NCBI RefSeq assembly: GCF_006345805.1
Contig: NC_042998.1
Location: 43,028,001-43,092,000 of the forward strand
Length of the DNA: 64,000 bases
DNA from: Octopus sinensis
Lineage: Eukaryota
Direction: 5' to 3'
The position numbers were made by a program, and so were the translations under genes. The notes beneath the pieces were generated by a model that did not search any database, had not been told where the DNA came from, and saw only the letters and a list, made by a program, of their open reading frames with translations. The first letter of the stretch is position 1; each line of letters begins with the position of its first letter. This document shows, one piece after another, positions 12,711-24,469 of the stretch.

Positions 12711-13083
12711 CATGTAAAAAGCACCATTCGAGCGAGATCATTATCAGTGTCGCCTTACTGGCGCTTGTGCCGGTGGCACATGAAAAATCATTTGAACGGG
12801 GTCGTTGCCAGTGCCACTGGACTGGCTCCTGTGCAGGTGGCACGTAAAAAACACCATTTGAGCATGGCTGTTGCCAGTACCGCCTGTCTGGCCCTCGTGC
12901 CGGTGGCACATAAAAGCACTCACTACACTCTCAGAATGGTTGGTGTTAGGAAGGGCATTCAGCTGTAGAAACTCTGCAAGATTAGATTGGAATCTGGTGC
13001 AGCCATCTGGTTCACCAGTCCTAAGTCAAATCGTTCAACCCATGCTAGCATGGAAAGTGGACATTAAACGATGATGATGATGA
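12711..13083 (+). mobile_element. 3' fragment of an RTE-related element with three hairpin repeat units and a (GAT)n tail
   Basis: Ends CCCATGCTAGCATGGAAAGTGGACATTAAACGATGATGATGA, the same 3' terminus as the LINE at 41776. Three units containing GTGC(C/A)GGTGGCAC lie upstream. Confidence 0.8.
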
Positions 13084-13354
13084 CAAAGATTATTGTTACA
13101 TTAATGTCACTGTCCCAGTATGGATATAAGAGGTGGTTGGTGCCAGTAAATTGGTAGATATAGTTGTTATAATATCATCAAGTCACGAAGGTGGCAAGCA
13201 GCAATAGAGCCATATAAGCAATAACTTGCTGCTGAATAGCTTAGGTGTTGATGAGAATCCAGGAAGAAATACATACACTTACATATGTATTTATATGCAT
13301 ATATATATGCATACGTGTATCTATATATATGTGTGCATGTGTTATGCATATGCA

Positions 13355-13409
<55 letters not shown>

Positions 13410-14104
13410 TAATATATATGCATGTGAAGGGGCATGGTGGTTTGGGTGTTGCAGTCATCCTTGCGAGATCGAGGTTTTGATTCCAAGAATGGGTGTTGTG
13501 TTGTATTCTTGAGCAAAACACTTCATTTCACATTTCTCTGCAATCATCTTTTCATCTGACATGTGACACATCATGTACCTGTACATGTTCTGACGATTTG
13601 ATTGAGGGAGTGAGCTTATGTGTACACAAACATTTGATTACTATAAACAAATCGTCTGTGTAGTTGATCAGCAAGAAATTTCAGAACCCTCATACATTGT
13701 CCAACGATGGGAAAGCCCATAATATAAGCATATGTATATCTATATGTATATGTGAGCATGTATTATGCATATGTGTGTATGTGTACTCACACACAAACAC
13801 AAACATTCAAATAACTGAAATAAAAGTTAAGTCATGCACATATACATACATGCATACATTTGCACATACATGTGTATGTACATACATGCATACATTTATA
13901 CATACACACATGTACTCCTAATGCTCACATGCGGTGCTGGTGAACATATATTTATATATTTTTTTTTGTGATATATGTATATTTTCAATTTGCTTACAAA
14001 ATGTGTATATAATTTATTTGAAGTTAAATGTTTTATATTCAATAAACTCAGTGTTATTGAATGGAATAATAATAAAAAAAATTCTACTTTAAAACTTGTT
14101 TCAG

Positions 14105-14432
14105 TTTAACCTTTTTGAAACGTCTCCAAGCAACCAATAACCTTCAGTTGAATAGCTTGGCTGTTGATGAAAGTCCACGAAGAAATAACTTGCCAACTGA
14201 GAAGAAACTGGAGTTGTCTAGCAATCATGTGTTTCCTTATTTCAATACCAATGAGGAGGGGATGTCATATGATGATGAAAATTCTCAAGATGAACTTGAG
14301 TCTGATATGATGAAGGATGATCTTAATCAGACAAATGATTCTGAGGTATACAGCAATAACAAACCTCAGAATGATTCAAAATCTGTAATTTTGCCAGCGA
14401 GGGGTCACCATACCAACTTGGTTAGCTATTTT
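14105..14432 (+). CDS. SPOCK: Testican/SPOCK-like gene, acidic low-complexity linker exon
   Basis: ttgtttcAG acceptor and TTT|gtaagt donor. 328 nt open frame (…EEGMSYDDENSQDELESDMMKDD…). Phase 2 to phase 0. Confidence 0.7.
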
Positions 14433-16349
14433 GTAAGTTGATATAAATCTGCTCACTTGTAACTGATCGTGAATATATATATTTTTTTTCCTACTCTAGG
14501 CACAATGCCCAAAAGTTTTGGGGAGGGGGTCAGTCGATTAGATCGACCCCAGTACGCAAGTGGTACTTAATTTATCGACTACAAGAATTGTTATATTTAA
14601 AGCAGTGTAGTATGTATGTGGATGTATGAATTGCAGTAAGGTCTGTTAAATGAATTGAAGATGGATAATTATCTTTCTACGGGAAGCACAAGGCCTCAAA
14701 TTTGGAGAAAGGGATTAAGTCAATTACATCGACCCCAGTGCGTAACTAGTACTTATTTAAGTGACCCAGAAAGGATGAAAGGCAAAGTCGACCTCAGCAG
14801 ATGAAATACCACTAAGCATTTCTCCCAGTGTGCTAACGATTCTGCCAGCTTACCGCCTTAATAATAATAAATGAATTCAGAGACAAATTACAATAAATGC
14901 AAGGAAACATTCATTGCAACTGCAGAAATTTTATAAAGCAAACTGGTAGACATTTCAATTGTTAAAATATTATAAATATTTAAATGTTCATCAAAATGTA
15001 GAATAGAGGTTTAAAAAAAACCCTGAATACAGTGTCACAATAATTCTGGTCACTTCTATTCAAAGGCTGGTATAATGCTAAGCTTAACTTCAAAGATTCT
15101 GGCTTGAAATCTGTTTAAACTGCAAATTGAAATCAAAATTGTTTTCATGTCAAAGTCCCTGGTCACTTGTAACATAACTCTCCTTCCTTGGGACTTAATG
15201 AGTCAGAACTTCCCCTTTTATAATTGACAAATAGAAACCAGGCCAGTCCATCCCGTTAAAGATGTTGGTGGTCCAAGTAAAACTAAATGGGTCTAACCAT
15301 CATGCAATGAATCAAAATGGGCAGTCAAGAGTAAAAATCTACAATGTGGACAGCTAAAGTTCACAAGCGCTCATGCTGCTACTGCAGATTTATGAGAAAT
15401 TGTTTAATCATTATTACTTACTTTGTTGTTCTGTTTGACAGGGTTTATCTGAGAGGGAATACAGTTCTATAGGGAAACAGGCATTCTGCTGAAAGGTTGG
15501 CAGTTCATATTATGTATTACATGTACAGCATTGTGTCAGTAGCCAATCTTCTTTAACTCTAATGGATGAGTCTATATAGATTTAAGTCTCATGCTTTGTA
15601 TAATCTATATACTGCTGTATCATCAACATCTTCATCATTGTTTTAACATTCACTTGTCCATACTTTCATGGGTTGGAGTTTATTAATGCAGGTTTTCTAT
15701 GGCCAGACATATTTTCACAGAATATTGGAAATGATTGACTCTACTTGTATGATGGTGACATCTGTTTAAAACTATCATGTGACAGCAAAAGGAGAGACAA
15801 ACACATACACATACTCAAGCATATACATACACACACACACACACACACACATCTGTCTGTCCATCTATTCGTACATACATACATATATATGTACATATGT
15901 ATGCACGCACACATACACACATGCAAGTGCACACACAATCACACACACACACACACATATACATACATACATACATAAATGAAAGATGGCCTTCTTTCAG
16001 TTTCTGTCTAACAAATCCACTCACCATAGGGCTTTGGCTGGCTTGGGGCTACATTAGAAAACACTTGCCCCAAAGTGTCACACAGTAGGACTGAACCCAA
16101 AACCATGTGTTTGGGAAGCTAATTTCTTAACCCCATAGCCATGCCTCTACCTTTATACTGAGAAAGTTCTTGTAGTGATAACTGCAAATTTTCCTGTGGT
16201 GAAAGTGGTTTATAAGAATGAAGATTTATCACTTAACTGCTTTGTCTAATGGAAGATAGAGATAAGATTGGTTATATATAAACATGTTTTTCAGAAATTC
16301 TTTGGCTATCTTTCTCATTTGTCTCACTTATTCCTTCCTTATTTTGTAG

Positions 16350-16401
16350 ATGTCACTTAGAAAAGGCAACAAAATGCATAAAAAACCACATAAAAATTAT
16401 G
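16350..16401 (+). CDS. SPOCK: Testican/SPOCK-like gene, short basic exon
   Basis: attttgtAG acceptor and G|gtaaga donor. MSLRKGNKMHKKPHKNY in the phase 0 to phase 1 frame that links both neighbouring exons. Confidence 0.65.
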
Positions 16402-16602
16402 GTAAGAATAATTTATCTTTTATTATTCATTTATGAGCTCCAAATTTTAGTTTTCTTTTATTAAAATTCTTTCCGTTTCAGGGTATAACTATTTAAAGCT
16501 TCTTGATAAAAAAAAAAAAATCCAGAGATGGTGCATGTTACAATAGGGATATTGGCTTTATTGTGAGAACAATTTTTTTACCATAAACTTTTCTCTTCTT
16601 AA

Positions 16603-16809
16603 CCCTTTCGTCACTGTATTTATTTTGAGATGCTCTGTGTTTCTTTCAATTAATTTTAAATATAACAAAGAATTTAGTAAAATAACTTAGTTATCATTAA
16701 GCTAGTGTTAGGAACATAAATTGTGACTAAGGTTTGGTGGAAGATTTTAATTCAAAACTTATGAAAACAACTTATTTGTACTACAGAGACAGAGGCAGTT
16801 TTGAAAGGG
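16603..16809. mobile_element. piggyBac-type MITE, 207 bp
   Basis: TTAA|CCCTTTC...GAAAGGG|TTAA (TTAA at 16599-16602 and 16810-16813). Confidence 0.85.
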
Positions 16810-17306
16810 TTAAATGAAGGTTTAAGAAGAGAAAAAGATATTATAATTTTCCATTTTCCAAAATGGAAACATTTTGCAAACAATTTGAGAAAATTAGAGC
16901 AGTTTCTGAATTATGTAAAATGAACTTAAAGATTACTGAGTTACAAAGATATTTAGTGATCTCAGAGAGAGATGGGAGAGAAGAGAGGGAGAGAGAGATA
17001 GAGAAAGGGAGGGAGAGAGAGTGAGACATTATTCAGTGATATCCTATTGTCCAAGAGTCTGAATGTAGGTATCTAAGAAATATAATCCTGTATAGTTTTA
17101 TTTTATTTTTGTTTCTAAAAGTTTTATCAAATCTGATGTATCAACAGTACGATATATTGATAATTGAAGTTCAGTTTGGGACTGATACATATCTTGAAGG
17201 TGTTCGGTTATGGCATGACAAAGAGAAATTATATAATCAAAATTTAAGTTGAAAAATGTCCAAAACTGTTTACCCTTGTTGAGTCCAATCCCTCTATACC
17301 TTACAT

Positions 17307-17582
17307 CAGTGGCTCCCAAACTATTTTGGGGTACTGTTCCCTTGGAACTCTGGCCACATTCCTAGCAACCCCCACTCACCATCACAAACAGAGAATACTT
17401 TCTGCAGCAAATTCAAAACTGTATTTCACAAATAAAGCTTAATTTAATTGACCCATCATTTTGTTTTTGTATCCATTTCCCCCTTTTAGGCCACTCTTTT
17501 TTCACCTCACTTTTCTTCAAGGCAACTCTGGGTCATTTCACCACACCCAGGAGGAGAGTACAGCCCACTTTCAGAACCACTG
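17307..17582. mobile_element. hAT (Charlie-like) MITE, old
   Basis: Termini CAGTGGCTCCCAAAC and CTTTCAGAACCACTG; decayed 8-bp TSD CCTTACAT / CCCTACAC. Confidence 0.6.
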
Positions 17583-17899
17583 CCCTACACTAATCACTAA
17601 GCTCAGTCCATCTCAGAATGTAAGCCCTCCGGATTTCCTTCTGTTTATGTCTTTGCCACAGGTACAAGTTTAAGAAGAATATTGATTACATTAATCTCAC
17701 TGATTTAGGATGGTATGCAAAGATTATGGGCTCTGCCTCTTCCACCAGGTCCAGCAAGTGTTAATCTATGTATGTATGCATGTATGTAGTTGTCCAAGAA
17801 TCTACAAGTCTGAAAAATAGGCACTTAATATATTTATTAAGAGAGTGGGTATATCATAGGTTTGGTGGTACATAAGAACAGAGAACTCAAAACATGAGT

Positions 17900-18350
17900 A
17901 TATATATTTTGAGTCACGTTGTAGCTTCTGAGTAATCTAATCAGTCCTGGAGGTGGTTGTAGTGAATCCATGCTGGTGGAATAAGTAAAAGGAATAAGAA
18001 GTCATGTAGATCTTATCTTTCCTTTTTTAAACAAAGATAGAAGCAAGGAGGTCTCTTTGCTCAGTAGGTGTACTTCATGAATCATGTATAAGAAATGTGG
18101 CATATGGTTGTGAAACCATGGACATTGATGTGAGGTTGGTCAATGAAATGTTTAATGTAAACTTATATGAGCAATTTGATCGTGTAAGTTTAAATTTGTG
18201 GGGTGAATGAATGACTAGGTAATTTGATAAAAGAACCAAGCCAAGATATGCTGGAAAGACATTCATGCTGATGTGGACATGTAAGGGAAATGGATAATTA
18301 GTACTAGGTGCTGTTTGCTTTTTGTGGAGGATGTATATTGAAGAAAACAT
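17900..18350 (+). mobile_element. Old RTE LINE ORF2 fragment
   Basis: Degenerate match (LISPGGGCSES... region) to the GDQVSSGGGCAESV region of the 42.5-45.4 kb LINE. Confidence 0.5.
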
Positions 18351-18853
18351 GAGAACAATTAGTTAGATCAAACCTACGGTGGTTGGGTCCTACAACAAAA
18401 GAGATGAGGAAAAAGCAGACATATGTTGTACGTCAGATCTGTGCAACTCAAACAAGCTTAGAAAAACAGATGTTAAAATATTCAGGGTAATTACGATATT
18501 ATGTACATAGGTGTGTGTTTGTGTGTTTGTGTGTTTGTGTGAAAATATGTTGCTGTTGGATGATTAGAAAATATTCTGAAAATACAGTATAGATGGAATT
18601 AAAAATAATTAAGTTAGTCTTGTAAAGTATCTCTGAAATACAGATATGTATTTGAACTTTTATTGCTAAATGCTGTCTTTTAACTTTTGAGATTTTGATC
18701 ATTAACTTACATGCAAACTGAAATAGATCTCCATTTTACATTTGACCAAAAGTGTCCTTTTGTTCTTTAATTAGATTTCTTAGGAAATGTTCTGAATATT
18801 ACTATGTTGACTCAAAGATAAAAATAAAGACACATATTTTATACATATATATA

Positions 18854-19104
18854 TTGGGTCGGTGCATAATTATTGCGGATTTTTTTCAACAAATATTATT
18901 CAACAAAAACAATAACAACATGTAACAAAAACATTTTAAAATTATTATTCCAGAGCATATTCACCATCTACTTCAATTATTACTTCCCATTTGCTTGGCA
19001 GATGGTCAGACCGTCATTTAAAGATGTTTTTGTTAAATATTGTTATTGTTTTTGTTGAATAAAATTTGTTGAAGATAAGCCACAATAATTATGCACCAAC
19101 CCAA
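18854..19104. mobile_element. Mariner-type MITE with roughly 90-bp inverted arms
   Basis: TA|TTGGGTCGGTGCATAATTATTG...CAATAATTATGCACCAACCCAA|TA. Complementarity continues inward through the CAACAAAAACAATAACA / TGTTATTGTTTTTGTTG tracts. Confidence 0.85.
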
Positions 19105-20425
19105 TATATATATATAATGGGCTTCTTTCAGTTTCCTCTATCATATCTACACACAAGGCTTTGGTTGATTGAAGGTTATAGTAGAAGACACTTGCCCAAG
19201 ATGCCATACAGTGGGATTGAACCCAGAAGCATGTGATTGGGAAGTGAACTTCTTATTTCTTTATTGTCCACAAGGGGCTAAACATAAAGGGGACAAAGAA
19301 GGACAGACAAAGGGATTAAGTTGATTATATCGACCCCAGTGAGTAACTGGTACTTATTTAATCGACCCCAAAAGGATGAAAGGCTAAGTCGACCTCGGCG
19401 GAATTTGAACTCAGAACGTAGCGGCAGACGAAATACCGCTAAGCATTTCGCCCAACGTGCTAACGTTTCTGCCAGCTTGCTGCATTCTTACCCCACAGCC
19501 ATGCCTGCACCTATTCATGAAGTATTTTGTTATGAAAGAAGGAGTTAGGTTATTAAATGCTAGAAAAGTAGACTGATTTGCTGACAAATCAGAATCTTTT
19601 TGGAATCTTCTTTACCTTATTGTAAATGCAAACAAATGTATTGGGATTTAACTGTCTCATTCTATCTTACCTCATAACTGACTATTGAAACTTGGTGATG
19701 GAAAACATTTTATGTTCTAAAGTTGACATACAAGTGAAAATTTTATTACGTTTTCAGCTTAGACCGTCTGTGAAAAGAATCTCAGATAATACTTCTACCA
19801 TTTCTTTATAAATTTAATGAATAACTATAATTAAATCTTAGACATGAACAAAAATTGAACTGAATTTATTTGCTGGATTGAGATTTATTTGCTGGATTTA
19901 TTAGTGGTATTTGAACTTTAATTCTGAGACCTATTCATTTATAGTTTTGTCTATTCATATATTTTTTCATTTATCACTCTTCCAATTTGACCAGACTTTT
20001 ATTCAACATGAATTCTAGTTTTGTTTCTGGGCTCTTTAAGAAAGCATTAGTTTATAATTTTTATTTCATGAAACATTTATATACATAAGAGTTGGCAATG
20101 AGACAAATTTGAGGTAAGCTCCCAGCAAGTTAAGCTGTTACTTTGCTTATATTCCTGTTTGTAGATATTTCATTTCTTTTAAGCTTATTAATGTGTCTGA
20201 GAAATACACAATCATCCTAAGCATTTCTTCCTAATCTATTTTCAGTAGGGTGAACCAGCCATTGGTCAGTGTTGTTCATGACAGAATTTGAACTTAGAAT
20301 GTTCACTACAAATATTTTGCAGACAAGTCAATTAATTTTGACACTGTTTTTACTTGTGTATGAAATAAATGAACAAATAGGTGTAAAAAGTGTTTCAGCT
20401 ATTAATTGTGATGTTCTTTGTACAG

Positions 20426-20629
20426 AATGTGACCACGAACAGTTGGAAGATATCATGAAACGTTTGACTGGATGGTTTGTGCTTCTTCATGCTAAATTCA
20501 AAGAAAGCAGAAAGAAAACAGTTAATGGTCCTGTTTATCAGATTCCAAGTTACAATTTACATCATGCAGTTAACAAAACCAAGCACCATTTTTCAGTGAA
20601 AAAGGAACTAAATAGTTTCTACAAATCAC
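20426..20629 (+). CDS. SPOCK: Testican/SPOCK-like gene, start of SPARC-type EC domain
   Basis: ctttgtacAG acceptor and C|gtaagt donor. (E)CDHEQLEDIMKRLTGWFVLLH matches the C-x3-L-x5-RL-x2-WF-x2-LH start of testican EC domains. 204 nt, phase 1-1. Confidence 0.9.
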
Positions 20630-22130
20630 GTAAGTTTAAATTTTTCATAGTTTATTTTAATGGTGTCTATTAGTTACCTTTTATTTCTTACATTTTTTTA
20701 GTCATTAGACCGCAGCCATCTTGGGGCATCACCTTGAAGAATTTTATGTTGAATGAACTGACACCAGTACTTTTTTTTTTTTGTTAAGCTAGTATTTTTA
20801 TTCTATTGGTCTTTTTTGCCAAACTGCTAAGTTACTGGGTCATAAACACACCAACACTGGTTGTTAAACAGTAGTAGGGGGACAAACCTGGACAGAGAGA
20901 CACACACACACATAGATATATACATATATATATGTGACAAACTTCTTTCAGTTTCTGTCTACCAAATCCACTCACAAGACTTTGGTTGGCCTGAGGCTAT
21001 AGTAGAAGACACTTGCCCAAATGCCACACAGGGGAACTAAATCCAGGATGATGTGAATGGAAAGCAAGTTTATGTATATATGAGGCTATAGTAGAAAATA
21101 CTTGCCCAAGGTGCCACACAGTGGAACCGAACCCAGAACCATGTGGCTTGGAAGCAAGCTTCTTACCACACAGCTACACCTTCACTTATCCATACCTGTG
21201 TTTAGAACAAGCTATTGGCAACTGAAGGAAAAAGAAGTACTTACACTATACAATATCACTATTTCATTGAAAATTAGGGTTAGACAACCAGTATTTGCTT
21301 TCTAAAAATTTTTGAATCATCTCAAAATATCCATGGCATTATTTTGGGTGCTGAAACAGTCAGGGTCCAATTGAATGTTATCAAATATTTCAGTGCACAA
21401 TCAAAAACTTCCTTATCAACAGTCCAGCACCCCAAACATCTCAAAAACCACACATTGGAAAAGATAATTTACCAACACATTGCAGTATTTCAACACCTTA
21501 TTTCACTCAGCTATGCCTGCTATAACCCTTACATTTACTGCAACATTAAGGGATTATGATGGAATGAATGGGTCTCTAGCCCAAGTGTAAAGTGTTATTT
21601 ATTGAGTGAAATAACACTGCTTTATACTAAAAGTACTATTTTTTCTCTCCTTAAGTATCTATGTTCTATACAGTACTACCTCTTAAGTATTTTTTCATCT
21701 TTTACTTGTTTCAGTCATTGAACTGTGGTCATACTGGGGCATCACCTTGAAGGGTTTTAGTTGAACAAATTGACCTCCATGCTTATTTTTAACTGTGGTA
21801 CTTATTCTATCAATCTCTATGCCATACTTCTAAGTTATAGAGATATAAACAAACCAACACCAGTTGTCAAGTGCTGGGGCAACAAACACAGACACTAAGA
21901 CATACACACATACATGTATGTATATACAACAGGCTTCCACAGTTTCCTTTTAGCAAATTTACACACATTGGTTGAGCCCAGGGCCATAGATGAAGAGATT
22001 TGCCAAAGTTGCTGTGCCATGGAACTGAACCTAAAACCACATGGTTGCAGAGTAAGCCTCTTAACCACAGTCATGCCTGCACCTATAAATATGTTCAACT
22101 ACTCAATATATACTTGTTGTGGATAGATTA

Positions 22131-22584
22131 TCTATTATATAAAATCTGTTCTGTCTGTCTGTGTGTGTATCTTCTAGGATCTCAGGCATCTTCCATCTGA
22201 TTGCGCTCAAATTTGATATGTAGATACCAACGGTATCAGGGTGTGTATAAGTCTTGAAAAAATTACAAAAATCGATTCCAGGTGAGAATGCGATCAATAA
22301 AGCTGTGGGAACGTGCATTTGTACGGTCAAGTACATCAGCTGTTGCGATGTACTTACTGGTACTTTAAACTCTTCGGTTGCATATTTGTGTGAATAAAAT
22401 CGTTTTTCTTTGGAATAGAAAAAAAGTCTATCTTTATTTCTTCTTTCACTTTAGGTTAAATCAGTGTTTCTCAAAGGGGAGGCCTATGGGACGGTCGGAC
22501 AAGTTGTTTTGAGAAAATTTGGTTTAAATGTTTGACAACTCAGCACCGTCCATTGGACGGAGGGGGGGGGGGGCGTTTTGCTCA
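22131..22584 (+). mobile_element. Non-autonomous Helitron-like element, copy 2, with an internal insert
   Basis: A|TCTATTATATAAAA start, (CTGT)n tract, CCGTCCATTGGACGG hairpin near the 3' end, and a CTCA end (CpG-decayed CTCG). Confidence 0.65.
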
Positions 22585-22940
22585 CATTCAAATAAAAGGC
22601 AAGCTTTATGAAATGTGCATTAAAAGTCTAACTTGGGTGAGGAAATATTGTCAGGAAAAGTGAAAGACCTGTAATGGGTTTGGTTTATATTTTTGTATAT
22701 AAGATAGATTTACAAGATAGTTTGACTAATTTGTTTGGATCTCATCTGCAAGAAATGGTGTTAGCCTATAATAAATATAATGGTTAAATGAACCAGTGAT
22801 TGTTGGCATTTCAAGAAAAGTGACTACCATATATTTTCTGCTTCATCTTTTTGTCATTTCTGCCACCTTTTTTCTGATAAATGTTCTTTTTTATATATAT
22901 ATTTCCTGTTCATTGTACTTTTTTCTCTTTAATTATTTAG

Positions 22941-23144
22941 GTAAATGTCATTGTGTTCGTTCAATTATCTGGGAGTTCAAACGCTTGGATTTTGATGGTG
23001 ACAAACATATAACCAAGAAAGAACTATCTAAGATTGAAAACAATCAAATGGAACCTTGTGTGGAGCCATTTATGGATTCCTGTGACCGAAACCATGATTC
23101 CAAATTGACCAGACATGAATGGTGTTGCTGTTTTGCTGCTGTGC
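22941..23144 (+). CDS. SPOCK: Testican/SPOCK-like gene, EF-hand pair exon
   Basis: ttatttAG acceptor and C|gtaagt donor. KCHCVRSIIWEFKRLDFDGDKHITKKEL...MEPCVEPFMDSCDRNHDSKLTRHEWCCCF contains two EF-hand loops and the EWCxCF motif. 204 nt, phase 1-1. Confidence 0.95.
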
Positions 23145-23244
23145 GTAAGTATTGGAAGCGTCGCTTTATTTTGGAAACTATAAAATTTGATTCCAAAACA
23201 TAAATTCATTGAAATTATAAAGAGACCTAAAATTTTATACCTTT

Positions 23245-23681
23245 GGCATAGGAGTGGCTGTGTGGTAAGTAGCTTGCTTATGAACCACATGGTTCTGGGT
23301 TCAGTCCCACTGCATGGCATCTTGGACAAGTGCCTTCTACTATAGCCTCGGGCCGACCAAAGCCTTGTGAGTGGATTTGGCAGACGGAAACTGGAAGAAG
23401 CCCATCCTATATATGTATATATATATATATATATATGTATATGTGTGTATATGTTTGTGTGTCTGTGTTTGTACCCCCACCCCACCCAACATCGCTTGAC
23501 AACCGATGCTGGTGTGTTTACGTCCCCGTAACTTAGCAGTTCAGCAAAAGAGACTGATAGAATAAGTACTTGGCTTACAAAGAATAAGTCTTGGGGTCGA
23601 TTTGCTCGACTAAAGGCTGTGCTCCAGCATGGCCGCAATCAAATGACTGAAACAAGTAAAAGAGTAAAAGAGAGTAAAGAG
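23245..23681 (+). mobile_element. tRNA-derived SINE family A, full-length young copy
   Basis: Complete head-to-tail copy with most CpGs intact, starting 100 nt after the EF-hand exon donor. Confidence 0.9.
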
Positions 23682-24412
23682 TTGGTAGTGACGATTCCAG
23701 TGGTGAATATCTATTTTGAGAAAATGGTCAGTTGTCTTTTAAGTTTTCTTACACTTTGGCTTTATCATAACAGGAGAGAAAGAGAAGGTGAGAAAGAATG
23801 TGTGTTTATTGAAAGTTTAATGCTTTGTCTGCTAAGAATAAGTAGAATGTCTTATGAGAAACATCTTCATAAATATCATAAAGTTAATAAAGTTATAGAA
23901 TTTATCTGAGTGCTCTACTGTACAACTCTTTTACTGCAGAAATCATATATATCCACTCAAAATTTCATTGCTCTTAACTTCAGAAAGCAGTTTTAAATAC
24001 CAGTCTATCTTTCATTGAGGAATGTCATGTTTGAAACTATTTTTTGTTGAGATATATCAAGTTTATTGAGACAACACGACTTGCATAAGTTGAAATCTAG
24101 TGATATCTCTGGAAATTGCTTCTTACATGACTGTAGGAAAATGGGAAATTGTAGTCATTACACCTTTTTCAAATTGTATAAGTGGAATTAAATATCTGAT
24201 TGAAAGTATTTAAACCATCTGAAGTTTGAGGACAATTCAGTATTTTGTTGGAACAATTTGTGAGTTGTGGGTTTTTCCCTTTCTTCCTACCTAATTCATT
24301 TGTCTTAGAGCCCATGCACAGGTCATGAATAGTGTCATTTCTCTTCTGATTAAGTCATAAAAAGAAAAGGAATTATTATTTTACTAAAGTATTTTAATTG
24401 TCATCTCTTTAG

Positions 24413-24469
24413 GACCGCCATGTTTTTCCCACTTGAGGAGACTCCGATCTGATGCTGTTATGAAATCAG
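24413..24469 (+). CDS. SPOCK: Testican/SPOCK-like gene, start of thyroglobulin type-1 domain
   Basis: tctctttAG acceptor and G|gtaaaa donor. (R)PPCFSHLRRLRSDAVMKS; 57 nt, phase 1-1. Confidence 0.85.
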
